This document shows positions 25,906 to 36,952 of a stretch of 64,000 nucleotides of DNA, one piece after another (within the stretch, counting starts at the first letter, position 1; the number at the start of each line of letters is the position of its first letter). The position numbers and the translations under genes are program-made. The notes below the pieces were generated by a model. That model ran no database searches and was not told where the DNA came from. It saw only the letters and a list, made by a program, of their open reading frames with translations. The DNA comes from Oscillospiraceae bacterium (GTDB lineage: Bacteria; Bacillota; Clostridia; Oscillospirales; Acutalibacteraceae), in contig JAISBE010000012.1 of assembly GCA_031266365.1 (NCBI GenBank), positions 445 through 64,444 on the forward strand, in the 5' to 3' direction.

Positions 25906-26994
25906 TTAAATTATTAAAAGATCTTTGGTTATGTTAGTTAGGTTTTCGCAGCCACTTTCTGTCACCAAAACCATATCTTCTATTCTAACACCAAATTCTC
26001 CCTTTAAATATATCCCCGGTTCAACCGTAATTACCATCCCGGATTCTAAAACAGTTTGGTTGCCCTGCGCAAGTCTTGGATTTTCATGAATGCAAAGCCC
26101 CACACCATGGCCAGTTGAATGCCCAAAACATGCACCATAACCTTCTTTTGCAATAACACTTCTTGCCGCATCATCGGCATCTCCCGCTTTAATTCCAGCT
26201 TTTATAGATTTTATACCCTCTAATTGGGCCTGCAACACAATTTCATAAACGCGGCGCTGCTTATCGCTCACAGATCTCACCGCAACAGTCCTCGTCATAT
26301 CGCTGTTGTAGCCATCTAAATTCGCACCTATATCCATAGTTAATAGTTCGCCACTTTGGATTTTTTTATCACCCGGTTCGCCATGTGGCAGCGAAGTATT
26401 CTCACCACTGACGACTATTAAATCAAAAGCCACGCTTTTTGCCCCGTTTCTTTTCATAAAAAACTCGAGGTCAAGAGCGATTTGTTTTTCTGTCATGCCA
26501 GCAGAGATGTTGTTAAGAACGTGTTTAAAGGCATCTTCCGTCAGCTTTTGAGAAGATTTAATTCTCTCAATTTCGTCATATGATTTAATTGCGCGCATAT
26601 TTTGTAAAATACTATCCAGCTTGCCGTCGCATAAAGATTTTACATTTAAGCTAGAAAATATCTCTTCCAGGCGTTCTTTTTGAGATACTTTAAGCTCTTT
26701 TTCGATTAAAACACCTTTTATATTATGTTTGCGAATTAAATTTTGCAACGTATTTTCAAGGTTATCCATTAATATAACTTCGCACACATTTGCGTTCTTT
26801 GCGGCCGCCTCATAATAACGAAAATCGACTAAATTATAAATATTACCACGAGCGGCAAAAATATAGCCCATATGAGAGTTAAAGCCTGAAAGGTAATAAC
26901 GATTCTCAGGAGAAGTGATTATAGCTGCATCAAAAGCAGCGGAATCAACTTCACAAAATAGAGCTTTAATGAATTTTTCCACACGTTTTAGCAA
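25906..26994 (-). CDS. pepP: M24 family Xaa-Pro aminopeptidase
   Basis: C-terminal metal-ligand motifs [24 protein letters not shown] and EPG...RIED. Start trimmed to the TTG at 26994, where AGGGGG lies 6 nt upstream. Classic pairing with efp. Confidence 0.85.
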   Translation of the reverse strand: MLKRVEKFIKALFCEVDSAAFDAAIITSPENRYYLSGFNSHMGYIFAARGNIYNLVDFRYYEAAAKNANVCEVILMDNLENTLQNLIRKHNIKGVLIEKELKVSQKERLEEIFSSLNVKSLCDGKLDSILQNMRAIKSYDEIERIKSSQKLTEDAFKHVLNNISAGMTEKQIALDLEFFMKRNGAKSVAFDLIVVSGENTSLPHGEPGDKKIQSGELLTMDIGANLDGYNSDMTRTVAVRSVSDKQRRVYEIVLQAQLEGIKSIKAGIKAGDADDAARSVIAKEGYGACFGHSTGHGVGLCIHENPRLAQGNQTVLESGMVITVEPGIYLKGEFGVRIEDMVLVTESGCENLTNITKDLLII

Positions 26995-27092
26995 ATAATA
27001 CCCCCTATTTTTATGACACCAAATCGGCAATCACAGTTTTCGTGCTGTTTAAAATTCAAAAAACACATGCAAAACTGCTCTAAAAAAATAAA

Positions 27093-27269
27093 TTATTTAA
27101 ATTTACGCTTTCTAGCCGCTTCCGACTTTTTTTTACGTCTAACCGAAGGTTTTTCATAAGCTTCCCTTTTGCGGACTTCCGAAATAACTCCAGCCTTTGA
27201 ACACTGTTTTTTAAACCTTTTTAGCGCATTTTCAAGAGATTCATTATCTTTAATTCTAATTTCAGCCAT
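27093..27269 (-). CDS. rpsU: 30S ribosomal protein S21
   Basis: Not in the ORF track (58 aa). My own translation is [68 protein letters not shown] upstream. Confidence 0.88.
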   Translation of the reverse strand: MAEIRIKDNESLENALKRFKKQCSKAGVISEVRKREAYEKPSVRRKKKSEAARKRKFK

Positions 27270-27480
27270 TTATCTTACCTCCCCTCTATCAATCACCAGG
27301 GGTAAATCACATTAATACAATTAAATTATCTAAAATTTGATAAAATAATTTTTATATTATTATATCATGAAGTTGATTAATTGTCAAGTTGAGCCACTAT
27401 ATAAAAACATATTTTGTCGATTTTTTCTTTTGGCTATATATTGCCTTGCCATGCCACATTGCGCTTTAAATTATCAGTTA

Positions 27481-29892
27481 TTATTTAACCACTATGTTTA
27501 CTAACCTACCTTTCACATAAATTTCTTTAATTATATTCTTTTCAGCGATAGCCTGCACAACTTTTTCGTCTCGCTTAGCCAAACAAATAGCCTCATTTGC
27601 CTCCAGAGAAGCTGCAATTACTTTACGCGACTGAATTTTACCATTCACTTGCAAGGCTATCTCTATAAAATCATCTTTACATTTTCCCTCATCGTAAGCC
27701 GGCCACTTCCTTTGAAGGCCTAAGCACACTTCATCGCCTGCAACACTATGCCAAACTTCTTCCGTGATATGCGGTGCAAAAGGATATAGCAATAATGTGA
27801 AAATCTTCAGCTCTTCTTTAGTTATACTTCCTAAAGTATAAATTTCATTGATCAAAGCCATAAGCGCTGCTATCGCCGTATTAAACTTTAGCGCCTCTAT
27901 ATCTTCTGTTACTTTTTTTATTGTTTTATGAAAATTAGATGACAATTCTTCTCTTACAAAATTTTTTTCCTCTATAATATTTTGAAGATTCCAGTATCGT
28001 TCCAAAAAATGCCTGCAGCCTTTTATTCCCGCCGCATTCCAAGGAGCTGCTTTTTCGTAATCCCCAATAAACATTTCATATAATCGCAAAGTATCTGCCC
28101 CATACGCCTCAATAACGTCGTCTGGGTTCACAACATTTCCTCGCGATTTACTCATTTTTTCGCCACTTTCACCCAATATCATCCCATGGCTTGTACGCTT
28201 GGTGTATGGTTCCGGAGTTGGCACTATTCCTATATCGAACAAAAATTTGTACCAAAATCGGCTATAAAGCAGATGCAAAGTTGTGTGCTCCATTCCACCA
28301 TTATACCAATCAACGGGCAGCCAATGCTTTAGAGCACCCATTCCTGCAAATTCTTCGCTATTCTTAGGATCAATATATCTCAAAAAATACCACGATGAAC
28401 CGGCCCACTGCGGCATTGTGTCCGTTTCTCGCTTTGCGCTTCCGGCACATTTAGGGCAACTCGTGTTCACCCAATCCTCGACCCCGGCAAGTGGCGATTC
28501 CCCAGTAACAGCGGGTTCATATGATTCTATTTTGGGAAGTTTTAACGGCAACTCTGATTCAGGCAGTGGGACATATCCACACTTTTCGCAATAAACAATA
28601 GGAATAGGTTCGCCCCAATAACGCTGCCTAGAAAATACCCAGTCGCGCAGTTTATAGTTTACCTTTTTCTTCCCTTTATTATTACTTTCAAGCCAATTTA
28701 TCATCATAAGCTTAGCGTCGTTGACACCAAGACCGTTTAAAAAACCAGAATTTACTATTACGCCTGAGTTGCAATCAGTGAACGCCTGCTTATCGATATC
28801 TCCACCGGCAACCACTTCTATCTTCGGTAAATTAAATTTTTTCGCAAATTCAAAGTCCCTTTCATCATGTGCCGGCACTGCCATTATCGCGCCTGTACCA
28901 TACGATGCGAGAACATAATCTGAAATAAATATGGGAATTGCAGTCCCTGTTACAGGATGTATAGCAAAAATATTTTCCAGCTTAATTCCCGTCTTTTCCT
29001 TCGCAAGTTCAACCCTTTCAAACTCAGATTTTTTCGCCGCTTGCGTTTGATAGTTCTTTAAATCTTGCAAATTGCTTATTTTATCTTCCCATTTAGAAAG
29101 AATTGGGTGTTCCGGAGACAAAACAAGATAGGTCGCTCCAAAAAGAGTATCCGGGCGCGTGGTATAAATTTCGATATTATCTCCACCGCTGACCTGAAAC
29201 TTTACTAAAGCACCTTCTGAACGGCCGATCCAATTACGTTGCTGAGCTTTAACGCGTTCCGGGTAATTAACCAAATCGAGGTCTTTAATCAAGCGTTCAG
29301 CGTACTCAGTAATTTTGAGCATCCACTGCGATTTAATCTTTTGAATAACTTCACTGCCGCACCGTTCGCACGCACCTTTCACCACTTCTTCATTTGCCAA
29401 CACGCATCTACAAGAAGTGCAAAAGTTTACAGCCATTTCCTTTTTATACGCAAGATTGTGTTTAAAAAGCTGTAAAAAAATCCACTGCGTCCATTTGTAG
29501 TACGAAGGGTTAGTTGTATCAACTTCCCTATCCCAATCAAATGAGAGTCCAAAAGCCTTTAACTGTCTCCTAAAATGCGTAATGTTATTTTTCGTGACAA
29601 TTTCAGGGTGGATGTGATTTTTTATAGCGTAATTTTCCGTTGGGAGCCCAAAAGCGTCAAAGCCTATGGGGTATAGCACATTATACCCCATCATACGGCG
29701 CTTCCTTGCAACCACATCCAGCGCAGTATAAGGCCTTGGATGGCCCACATGCAAGCCTTGACCAGAAGGATACGGAAACTCGACTAAAGCGTAAAATTTC
29801 GGAGCAACTGAATCATCGCGAGCACAGAAACATTTGCTTTCTTCCCATATTTTTTGCCATTTATTTTCTATGATTTTGTGATTATATTTCAA
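27481..29892 (-). CDS. leuS: leucine--tRNA ligase
   Basis: 803 aa with HVGHPR (HIGH) and [11 protein letters not shown] start. Confidence 0.95.
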   Translation of the reverse strand: MKYNHKIIENKWQKIWEESKCFCARDDSVAPKFYALVEFPYPSGQGLHVGHPRPYTALDVVARKRRMMGYNVLYPIGFDAFGLPTENYAIKNHIHPEIVTKNNITHFRRQLKAFGLSFDWDREVDTTNPSYYKWTQWIFLQLFKHNLAYKKEMAVNFCTSCRCVLANEEVVKGACERCGSEVIQKIKSQWMLKITEYAERLIKDLDLVNYPERVKAQQRNWIGRSEGALVKFQVSGGDNIEIYTTRPDTLFGATYLVLSPEHPILSKWEDKISNLQDLKNYQTQAAKKSEFERVELAKEKTGIKLENIFAIHPVTGTAIPIFISDYVLASYGTGAIMAVPAHDERDFEFAKKFNLPKIEVVAGGDIDKQAFTDCNSGVIVNSGFLNGLGVNDAKLMMINWLESNNKGKKKVNYKLRDWVFSRQRYWGEPIPIVYCEKCGYVPLPESELPLKLPKIESYEPAVTGESPLAGVEDWVNTSCPKCAGSAKRETDTMPQWAGSSWYFLRYIDPKNSEEFAGMGALKHWLPVDWYNGGMEHTTLHLLYSRFWYKFLFDIGIVPTPEPYTKRTSHGMILGESGEKMSKSRGNVVNPDDVIEAYGADTLRLYEMFIGDYEKAAPWNAAGIKGCRHFLERYWNLQNIIEEKNFVREELSSNFHKTIKKVTEDIEALKFNTAIAALMALINEIYTLGSITKEELKIFTLLLYPFAPHITEEVWHSVAGDEVCLGLQRKWPAYDEGKCKDDFIEIALQVNGKIQSRKVIAASLEANEAICLAKRDEKVVQAIAEKNIIKEIYVKGRLVNIVVK

Positions 29893-30051
29893 ATTAAAAG
29901 CCCCTTATTATTTTTTTAATGAACTATTAAAATTTTTATATTATCACCTACAAGTAAAGTATACTAAAATATTGAAAATAACTTTAATTTCCCATTGTAT
30001 GTTAAGTGCCCATAGACAGTAAAGCGTCCATAAAGCAGCTAATTCGCAATT

Positions 30052-30354
30052 TTAATAAATTATTGGCGATGCGCTTATTAAGTTGCCATTATGCACTTCA
30101 TAAGAGTATAACGTGCGTTCATCTTGCATAAAGTGCATACCAAACGTTAATGATACAGACCCTTTCCATACATCTGCTATTTTTTCTAAAAATTTTTCAA
30201 CTGTTATATCGCTAAGACATTGAATTTCTACAACATCTCCTGACGGCAATTCTACACGCACACTAATTTCTTTACCCTTACCTGGGTCCACTCCACCTAT
30301 AACCAATTCTAACTCCTCTTCGCTAAGAGCAATCAACTCTCCTTGTTTTAGCAA
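30052..30354 (-). CDS. GG-leader ubiquitin-like protein, copy 4 (divergent)
   Basis: TTG start after AAGGAAGGGGGGG. (M)[20 protein letters not shown]|VDPGKGKEISVRVELPSGDVVEIQC... It has lost the RL(R/M)G C-terminus and ends ...ISASPIIY. Confidence 0.65.
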   Translation of the reverse strand: MLKQGELIALSEEELELVIGGVDPGKGKEISVRVELPSGDVVEIQCLSDITVEKFLEKIADVWKGSVSLTFGMHFMQDERTLYSYEVHNGNLISASPIIY

Positions 30355-30445
30355 TTTTATCCCCCCCTTCCTTAATTTTTTTAACACTAATTATAAGCGA
30401 CTTGCTGATCAGAATTAACTAATATCAACTCACATTAAGCTTTAG

Positions 30446-30757
30446 TCAACCCATCAGCCGCAATAGTTGATGTATAGTGCTATCACGCTCCACACCACAA
30501 CTGCTTAACGTATCGACGTCTTCCAGTTGCTTTCCTTGAAATACTAATCTTATGCCATCACCAACTATGCCATAGCACTTTGCTATTAGTTTTTTAAGAT
30601 CCATAACTGTCATCGAACGCCCACAAGTAAACGATGCAGTTTTTCCTGTTGTCAATATTATAAAAACCGTAATATTGTCATCCTTATCTGGGTTCGCTCC
30701 ACCTATAACCAATTCTAACTCCTCTTCACTAAGAGCAACTACTTCTTGTTTTATCAA
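30446..30757 (-). CDS. GG-leader ubiquitin-like protein, copy 3
   Basis: Start trimmed to the TTG at 30757, giving the same 312-nt length as copies 1 and 2. (M)[19 protein letters not shown]|ANPDKDDNITVFIILTTGKTASF...RLVFQGKQLEDVDTLSSCGVERDSTIHQLLRLMG. Confidence 0.75.
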   Translation of the reverse strand: MIKQEVVALSEEELELVIGGANPDKDDNITVFIILTTGKTASFTCGRSMTVMDLKKLIAKCYGIVGDGIRLVFQGKQLEDVDTLSSCGVERDSTIHQLLRLMG

Positions 30758-30841
30758 TTTTATCCCCCCTTCCTTAATTTTTTTAACACTTATCAACCAC
30801 ACTGCCAAAATCAACACGTTTTAACTTTCATTAAACTTTAG

Positions 30842-31153
30842 TTAACCTCGCAACCGCATCATCAGATGTATAGTGCTATCACGCTGCACACTATAACTGG
30901 CTAACGGAAACCCATCTTCTAGTTGCCGTCCTGCGAATGTTAACCTAACTTGCTCAATTGGAATACCCTGGCAATTTGCAATTATTTCTCTAAGCTCTCT
31001 AACTAACATGCCATCAGTGAAAAGAACCCTTTTATGATCTCCTGTTAATAATTTTACATATATAAACGGTTTATCCGCATCTGGATCCTTTCCGCCAATA
31101 ACCAATTCTAACTCCTCTTCGCTAAGAGCAATCAACTCTTCTTGTTTTATCAA
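30842..31153 (-). CDS. GG-leader ubiquitin-like protein, copy 2 (most ubiquitin-like)
   Basis: (M)[20 protein letters not shown]|[24 protein letters not shown]...[43 protein letters not shown]. Compare ubiquitin: MQIFVKTLTGKTITL...[43 protein letters not shown]. Confidence 0.8.
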   Translation of the reverse strand: MIKQEELIALSEEELELVIGGKDPDADKPFIYVKLLTGDHKRVLFTDGMLVRELREIIANCQGIPIEQVRLTFAGRQLEDGFPLASYSVQRDSTIHLMMRLRG

Positions 31154-31246
31154 TTTTACCCCCCTTCCTAAATTTTTTTAACATTAACTCATTATAAGCG
31201 ACTTGCTGATCAGAATTAACTAATATCAACTCACATCAAACTTTAG

Positions 31247-31558
31247 TCAACCCATCTGCCGTAATGCCGCAAATACAGTGCCATTTGCCACAACACTATC
31301 TCCTAAAACTTGACCATCTATTAGTTGCTTCCCACTGCATGTTAACCTTATCGCCTCCACGGGAATTCCAGGGAGTCCTTCTGCTACTTTTGCTATTAAA
31401 TCATTAACTGTCATGCCTCTATTAACCCTCATCAGCTGTGGTTTCCCTTGAAACTTTACAAATATTTGAATTTCTTCACTTCCAGCTGGATCCACTCCAC
31501 CTATAACCAATTCTAACTCCTCTTCACTAAGAGCAATCAACTCTTCTTGTTTCATCAT
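31247..31558 (-). CDS. GG-leader ubiquitin-like protein, copy 1
   Basis: [21 protein letters not shown]|VDPAGSEEIQIFVKFQGKPQLMRV...GIPVEAIRLTCSGKQLIDGQVLGDSVVANGTVFAALRQMG. The ATG lies 1 nt after the yqeK stop. Confidence 0.78.
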   Translation of the reverse strand: MMKQEELIALSEEELELVIGGVDPAGSEEIQIFVKFQGKPQLMRVNRGMTVNDLIAKVAEGLPGIPVEAIRLTCSGKQLIDGQVLGDSVVANGTVFAALRQMG

Positions 31559-31559
31559 T

Positions 31560-32159
31560 TTATATCTCCCTAAATTTTTTTAACACTAATTCATTATATG
31601 CAGCTATACTACCAGGATCAATTGGTAGATTTTTACTTAAAAGTTCGCGAATTGTGTACTTTAAACCAGATCTCATAGCTTTTTCCAAACTAATTGTAGC
31701 ATCTTCCCTAATTCTGTCAACATCTCCGTAATTTCTATCTTTTGAAGTAAAATCCGCTACAAAAACAATTTTTTCGAGCAAAGACATTCCACCTCGAGCA
31801 CTCGTGTGATATCGAATCGCGTTGTAAATGTCGATATCTTTGATATGTAAAACATGTTTTACATACGCACTGCCGGTGATAGCATGCCAAAGTTTAAAAG
31901 ACTTTTTTTCTATATCAGTTAGTATTATACCAAAGCGATTTAAAATTTGCAAGTGTTCTTCTCGAGGAGCCTCTTTAAAAATATCATGTAAAATACCGGC
32001 AATTTCTGCTTTTTGAGGATCCATTCCATATCTCTTTGCAAGCCTTTTTGCCTCATTTGCAACATTCAAAGAATGCTTGAATCGTTCATTACTCAAGCGA
32101 GATTTAACAATTTTTATGCAAGCTATAAACACATTGTCACTATTACCTTTCCCCATCAT
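31560..32159 (-). CDS. yqeK: HD-domain phosphohydrolase, YqeK family
   Basis: RFKHSLNVANEAKRLAKRYGMDPQKAEIAGILHDIFKE (HD motif). 199 aa, typical YqeK length. Confidence 0.72.
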   Translation of the reverse strand: MMGKGNSDNVFIACIKIVKSRLSNERFKHSLNVANEAKRLAKRYGMDPQKAEIAGILHDIFKEAPREEHLQILNRFGIILTDIEKKSFKLWHAITGSAYVKHVLHIKDIDIYNAIRYHTSARGGMSLLEKIVFVADFTSKDRNYGDVDRIREDATISLEKAMRSGLKYTIRELLSKNLPIDPGSIAAYNELVLKKFREI

Positions 32160-32366
32160 GGTTACACCTCTCTCATTAATTAAATTAACCCAGCTATAAA
32201 TGGCAAACTGGTCAAATGATATGAGAATCAGATTTGATTTTTTCTTTAATGATTTTCTACAATATAAAAATACCCGAATTAAAATGCATCGACAAATTAA
32301 CTCAGATATAAAACTGTATTTAATACTATATTAAAACTATGAACATAGATTTTTTATTTGCCAATT

Positions 32367-32708
32367 TTATATTAACTCTATTATCGCCATTTCTGCCGAA
32401 TCGCCACGCCTCGGACCTATTCTACTTATGCGTGTATATCCTCCTTTTACATCAACATATTTTGGGGCAATTTCGTCAAATAATTTTTTAACAACACTTC
32501 CCTTTGTCAAAAAAGACATCGCTCTGCGCCTATTGTGCAGATTCGCCACTTTCGCGTCAGTAATAACCTTTTCAACTAATGAACGCACCTCTTTAGACCG
32601 TGTAATAGTGGTCTCAATTTTCCCATTTTCTAAAAGAAAAGTAACCATCGCCCTTAGCATGGCTATTCTATGGGCAGTAGCTCGACCTAACTTCCTTATT
32701 CCGGCCAT
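32367..32708 (-). CDS. rplQ: 50S ribosomal protein L17
   Basis: [21 protein letters not shown]... Follows rpoA. The ATG has the better RBS spacing. Confidence 0.93.
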   Translation of the reverse strand: MAGIRKLGRATAHRIAMLRAMVTFLLENGKIETTITRSKEVRSLVEKVITDAKVANLHNRRRAMSFLTKGSVVKKLFDEIAPKYVDVKGGYTRISRIGPRRGDSAEMAIIELI

Positions 32709-32805
32709 CACAATTCACCTCTTTAAATCTTTCTATACAACCATAAATAAATTAAAACTAATAACATGCCTTTGATCAAATATTTAATAACAGCTTTCTA
32801 ATAAT

Positions 32806-33753
32806 TTATTCTTTATCTAGATCAAACCCTAGTGATTTTAATTTGTTTAAAACTTCATTAAAAGATTTCTTTCCTAAATTACGCACTTTAACAATATCAT
32901 TTTCAGATTTATGTACCAAATCTTCCAAAGTATTAACTCCAGCGCGCTTCAAACAATTAAATGAACGCACAGATAAATCCAATTCTTCAATAGTCATTTC
33001 CAATGCGTTTTCTTTATTTTTTAAATCCTTCTCAATCACAACATCCGAGTCATTATCTTTATTTGAAAGTTTAACAAATAAGTTTAAGTATTCAATTAAA
33101 ACTCTCGAAGCAAGAGCGATCGCTTCTTGAGCATTTATAACTCCGTTCGTCCAAACTTCAAAAGTCAGTTTATCATAGTCTATAATTTGTCCAACACGCG
33201 TATTTTCCACATCATAATTCACTTTTATAACAGGAGTATATATAGAGTCAACAGGAATAGCTCCAACAATCGCCAATTCCACATTCGATTTGTTGCGCTC
33301 AGCCGGAATATACCCGCGCCCTTTATCAAGCGTGAGTTCCATATGAAGTGTCGCTTTCTCCGAAAGCGTTGCAATGTGCATACCAGGATTGAGTATTTCC
33401 ACTTCACTATCACACTTTATGCTCCCAGCTGTCACTTCACAAGGTCCCACGGCTCTTATCTCCACTGTTTTTGCATGGGCGCTATGTAGTTTCGCTGTAA
33501 GATTTTTAATATTCAAAATAATTTGAGTTACATCCTCTTTCACACCCGGTATTGTCGAAAATTCATGCAATACACCTTCTATTTTTATAAAAGTAACTGC
33601 AACACCCGGCAAAGACGAAAGTAAAACCCGGCGCAAACTATTACCCAATGTATTTCCAAATCCTCGCTCTAAAGGCTCAACCACAAATTTACCATAAGCG
33701 CCATCATCGGATAATTTTTCTATTACAATTTTAGGCTTTTCTATTTCGATCAC
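32806..33753 (-). CDS. rpoA: DNA-directed RNA polymerase subunit alpha
   Basis: 315 aa. MIEIEKPKI...[21 protein letters not shown]-terminal-domain motif [16 protein letters not shown]. Confidence 0.95.
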   Translation of the reverse strand: MIEIEKPKIVIEKLSDDGAYGKFVVEPLERGFGNTLGNSLRRVLLSSLPGVAVTFIKIEGVLHEFSTIPGVKEDVTQIILNIKNLTAKLHSAHAKTVEIRAVGPCEVTAGSIKCDSEVEILNPGMHIATLSEKATLHMELTLDKGRGYIPAERNKSNVELAIVGAIPVDSIYTPVIKVNYDVENTRVGQIIDYDKLTFEVWTNGVINAQEAIALASRVLIEYLNLFVKLSNKDNDSDVVIEKDLKNKENALEMTIEELDLSVRSFNCLKRAGVNTLEDLVHKSENDIVKVRNLGKKSFNEVLNKLKSLGFDLDKE

Positions 33754-33894
33754 TTGCGATCCTCCTTGACATATGGATAATCCTTAAGCTGAGTTATTGC
33801 AAAAAACAAATTCAAGATCGATTTTAATATCAATTAAAAGAAAAGATCATATATAATTAAGTAAAGATAACTATACACACACTGTTCCAAAACA

Positions 33895-34527
33895 TTACTT
33901 TGAGTATAACTCCACTATTAGCGTTTCCTCTACCTCTAAATCTATATCTTCACGCTCTGGCAGCGATAAAATTTTACCTTCAAAACCTTCTCTATTAACT
34001 TCCATCCATTTTGGTACCGGATGTGAAGCGTTTGCTTCGACAATAGATTTCATTTGAGGGTTATTTTTACTTTTTTCAACGATAGCAACCGTTTCGCCAG
34101 GTTTTGTTAAATAAGAAGGAATATCTACCTTTTTTTGATTGACCGAAAAGTGCCCATGCACAACCAGCTGGCGAGCCTGCGCCCTTGAATTCGCAAATCC
34201 CAGTCTATACACAACATTATCCAAACGGCTTTCTAAAATCGCCAAAAGAGCATCGCCGGTTTTTCCTTCCTTTTTTCTGGCCAGTTCGTAATAATGCCTA
34301 AATTGGCCTTCTAAAATTCCATAATAGCGCCGTGCAGACTGCTTCGCTCTGAGCTGTAAGCCATATTCTGAGAATTTTTTTCGGCCACCCTGTTGTCCGT
34401 GCTGGCCAGGAACATAAGCTCTCCTAACAACGCCACATTTTTCAGTATAGCATCTTTCCCCTTTTAGAAAAAGCTTTTTACCTTCACGTCGACAAAGTCT
34501 GCACGTTGCACCTGTATACCTTGCCAT
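33895..34527 (-). CDS. rpsD: 30S ribosomal protein S4
   Basis: [31 protein letters not shown]. Start trimmed to the family N-terminus. Confidence 0.93.
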   Translation of the reverse strand: MARYTGATCRLCRREGKKLFLKGERCYTEKCGVVRRAYVPGQHGQQGGRKKFSEYGLQLRAKQSARRYYGILEGQFRHYYELARKKEGKTGDALLAILESRLDNVVYRLGFANSRAQARQLVVHGHFSVNQKKVDIPSYLTKPGETVAIVEKSKNNPQMKSIVEANASHPVPKWMEVNREGFEGKILSLPEREDIDLEVEETLIVELYSK

Positions 34528-34691
34528 ATTATTACAACACCTCCATAAAATCACAAATTACCGTTAATAGTCTTTTTAAAACCATAACTATCAAAATTTA
34601 AAGTTCAAATAAAAAATTCCTATTTTAAATTTACTCCACAAACAAATTTAAAATATACAACTATAAGTTAAAAAAGCTAAATCTAAATAAA

Positions 34692-35099
34692 TCAAACTCT
34701 CCGCCTTTTTGGAGGGCGACAGCCATTATGCGGAATTGGTGTAACATCTTTAATCATGCTCACTTCGAGCCCAGTGGCCTGCAAAGCACGGATAGCTGCC
34801 TCACGCCCCGAACCTGGACCTTTAACAAAAACTTCCACGTGCTTCATACCGTGATCCATCGCCGCTTTCGCCGCGGTTTCTGCCGCACTTTGAGCGGCAA
34901 AAGGCGTTGATTTTCGCGAGCCTTTAAACCCCAATTCACCTGAACTTGCCCACGCAACAGCATTGCCTTTAACATCGGTTATAGTAACAATCGTATTATT
35001 AAAAGTTGACTGTATATGCGCCATTCCCCGTTCGATATTTTTTCGATCACGCCTTTTTCGAACCGTCGAAGCTTTATTGCCACTTTTTGGCACCGCCAT
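34692..35099 (-). CDS. rpsK: 30S ribosomal protein S11
   Basis: ...[30 protein letters not shown]... Confidence 0.94.
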   Translation of the reverse strand: MAVPKSGNKASTVRKRRDRKNIERGMAHIQSTFNNTIVTITDVKGNAVAWASSGELGFKGSRKSTPFAAQSAAETAAKAAMDHGMKHVEVFVKGPGSGREAAIRALQATGLEVSMIKDVTPIPHNGCRPPKRRRV

Positions 35100-35115
35100 A
35101 ACTCATTCCCCTCCT

Positions 35116-35487
35116 TTATTTCTTCTTATTAGCCACAGCCACTCTAGGCCCGCTTTTACGCGTTCTTGCATTCGTCTTTGATCTTTGTCCTCTAACAGGT
35201 AGCCCCTTACGATGACGAATTCCTCTGTAACATCCTATTTCTTTCAATCTTTTAATATCAAAAGCAATATCCCTTCTCAGATCGCCTTCCACCTTGCAAT
35301 TTCGGTCTATATACTCTCTCAATTTTGAAACATCGTCTTCCGTAAGATCTTTAACACGAGTATCAGGATTTACTCCTGTTGATTTTAATATCTTTTGTGC
35401 AGTTTTTATGCCAATACCAAAAATATAAGAAAGGCCTATCTCCACTCTTTTATCTTTCGGCAAATCAATACCCGCTATACGTGCCAT
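35116..35487 (-). CDS. rpsM: 30S ribosomal protein S13
   Basis: [26 protein letters not shown]. The ATG lies 7 nt after GGAGG. Confidence 0.94.
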   Translation of the reverse strand: MARIAGIDLPKDKRVEIGLSYIFGIGIKTAQKILKSTGVNPDTRVKDLTEDDVSKLREYIDRNCKVEGDLRRDIAFDIKRLKEIGCYRGIRHRKGLPVRGQRSKTNARTRKSGPRVAVANKKK

Positions 35488-35516
35488 TTTCACACCTCCA
35501 TTATAAAATTATATTT

Positions 35517-35630
35517 TTAACCTTGGCGTTGCTTGTGTTTTGGATTATCGCATATAACCATTACTTTTCTTTTGCGCTTAATTATTTTGCATTTTTCGCA
35601 AATTTTTTTTACCGAAGGTCTCACTTTCAT
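35517..35630 (-). CDS. rpmJ: 50S ribosomal protein L36
   Basis: Not in the ORF track. My translation is [37 protein letters not shown] (37 aa). Lies between infA and rpsM. Confidence 0.92.
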   Translation of the reverse strand: MKVRPSVKKICEKCKIIKRKRKVMVICDNPKHKQRQG

Positions 35631-35644
35631 AAATTTTATCCTCC

Positions 35645-35863
35645 TCACTTACGGCGCCAAATAATGCGCCCCTTCTCCAAATCATATGGAGACATCTCAA
35701 CAGTGACTTTATCTTCCTTTAAAATTCTTATATTATGCATACGTAATTTCCCCGAAATATGCGCTAATATAATTTTACCGTTTGGAATTTCTACTTTAAA
35801 CTCCGCATTGGGCAATATTTCCTTAACTATACCCTCTAATTCGATAATATCCTGTTTAGACAA
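35645..35863 (-). CDS. infA: translation initiation factor IF-1
   Basis: [48 protein letters not shown]. 72 aa. Confidence 0.95.
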   Translation of the reverse strand: MSKQDIIELEGIVKEILPNAEFKVEIPNGKIILAHISGKLRMHNIRILKEDKVTVEMSPYDLEKGRIIWRRK

Positions 35864-35893
35864 AATAACAGCCTCCTCATAACGTCAAGATCA

Positions 35894-36154
35894 TCAAACT
35901 TTCGTGCAAAATTTACTCAGAGCTTTTCTTATATCTCGGTTGCTTTCCATTGAGCTCTCGTCTATAAGAGTATTTGTAACGAAAAGATGTTTCTTCTTTT
36001 TTTTCTTGAGCTTTGAAATAGGTCTGCATTTGCCATCACAAATATATGCATATAGAGAATCACAATCAGCTACCACAAAAAAATTATCCTTATCTCGCCC
36101 CGCAGCAGACCTAACTATCAACCCTTTCACTATCTCCATTACTTTCTTCTCCAA
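35894..36154 (-). CDS. KOW-domain RNA-binding protein (Clostridia-type gene between map and infA)
   Basis: VKGLIVRSAAGRDKDNFFVVADCD...KKKKKKHL. Call based on position and pattern. Confidence 0.6.
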   Translation of the reverse strand: MEKKVMEIVKGLIVRSAAGRDKDNFFVVADCDSLYAYICDGKCRPISKLKKKKKKHLFVTNTLIDESSMESNRDIRKALSKFCTKV

Positions 36155-36202
36155 CCTTAATTCGCTAAATTTAGAAATATATATAATATAATTATATTCA
36201 TT

Positions 36203-36952
36203 CTAATCCTCCAGAGTTAAAATTAACGAGCCTTCCATCGTGATGGCGATTGTGTGCTCAAAATGCGCTGAAAGGCTGCCGTCAGAGGTAATCACCGAGC
36301 CGTCAGGTAAAATGGTAACATCCGGCTTCCCCATATTGACCATTGGCTCTATAGCAATAGTCATCCCAGAATCCAAACGCAAACCTCTTCCTTTAACCCC
36401 AAAATTCGGTACACTGGGATCTTCATGTAGTTTAGTACCTACCCCATGGCCCACAAAATCCCGCACTATCGAATAACCTCGAGATTCAACATATCCTTGA
36501 ACAGTGCTAGAAATATCGCCTATATGGCTCCCCGCTCTTACTATCTTGATCGCTTCAAATAAGCTTTCTTTTGTCACATCAATCAACGATTGCGCTTGAT
36601 TGGAAATAGTCTCACAAGAAAAGGTTGCCGCGGTATCTCCATGATAGCCTTCAAAACAAGCTCCAACATCAATGCTGACTATATCGCCTTGTTTTAAAAC
36701 ACAGGTTTTGCTCGGTATGCCATGAATAACCATATTGTTAACCGAAATACAGGCACTCGCCGGAAAACCACCATATCCTAAAAAAGAAGGCTTTGCCCCT
36801 TGAGACTCAATATAATCCCTAATCATACGATCAATATCTATTGTTGTTACCCCTGGTTTAACAGCTGTTTTCGCCAGATTTAAAGCCCCAGCTGCGATTC
36901 TGCCTGCCTTTTTCATGCTTTGCAGTTCTCTATCAGTTTTAAGAATTATCAT
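36203..36952 (-). CDS. map: type I methionine aminopeptidase
   Basis: 249 aa with metal-ligand context DIVSIDVGACFEGYHGDTA, HGVG and EPM. Confidence 0.92.
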   Translation of the reverse strand: MIILKTDRELQSMKKAGRIAAGALNLAKTAVKPGVTTIDIDRMIRDYIESQGAKPSFLGYGGFPASACISVNNMVIHGIPSKTCVLKQGDIVSIDVGACFEGYHGDTAATFSCETISNQAQSLIDVTKESLFEAIKIVRAGSHIGDISSTVQGYVESRGYSIVRDFVGHGVGTKLHEDPSVPNFGVKGRGLRLDSGMTIAIEPMVNMGKPDVTILPDGSVITSDGSLSAHFEHTIAITMEGSLILTLED

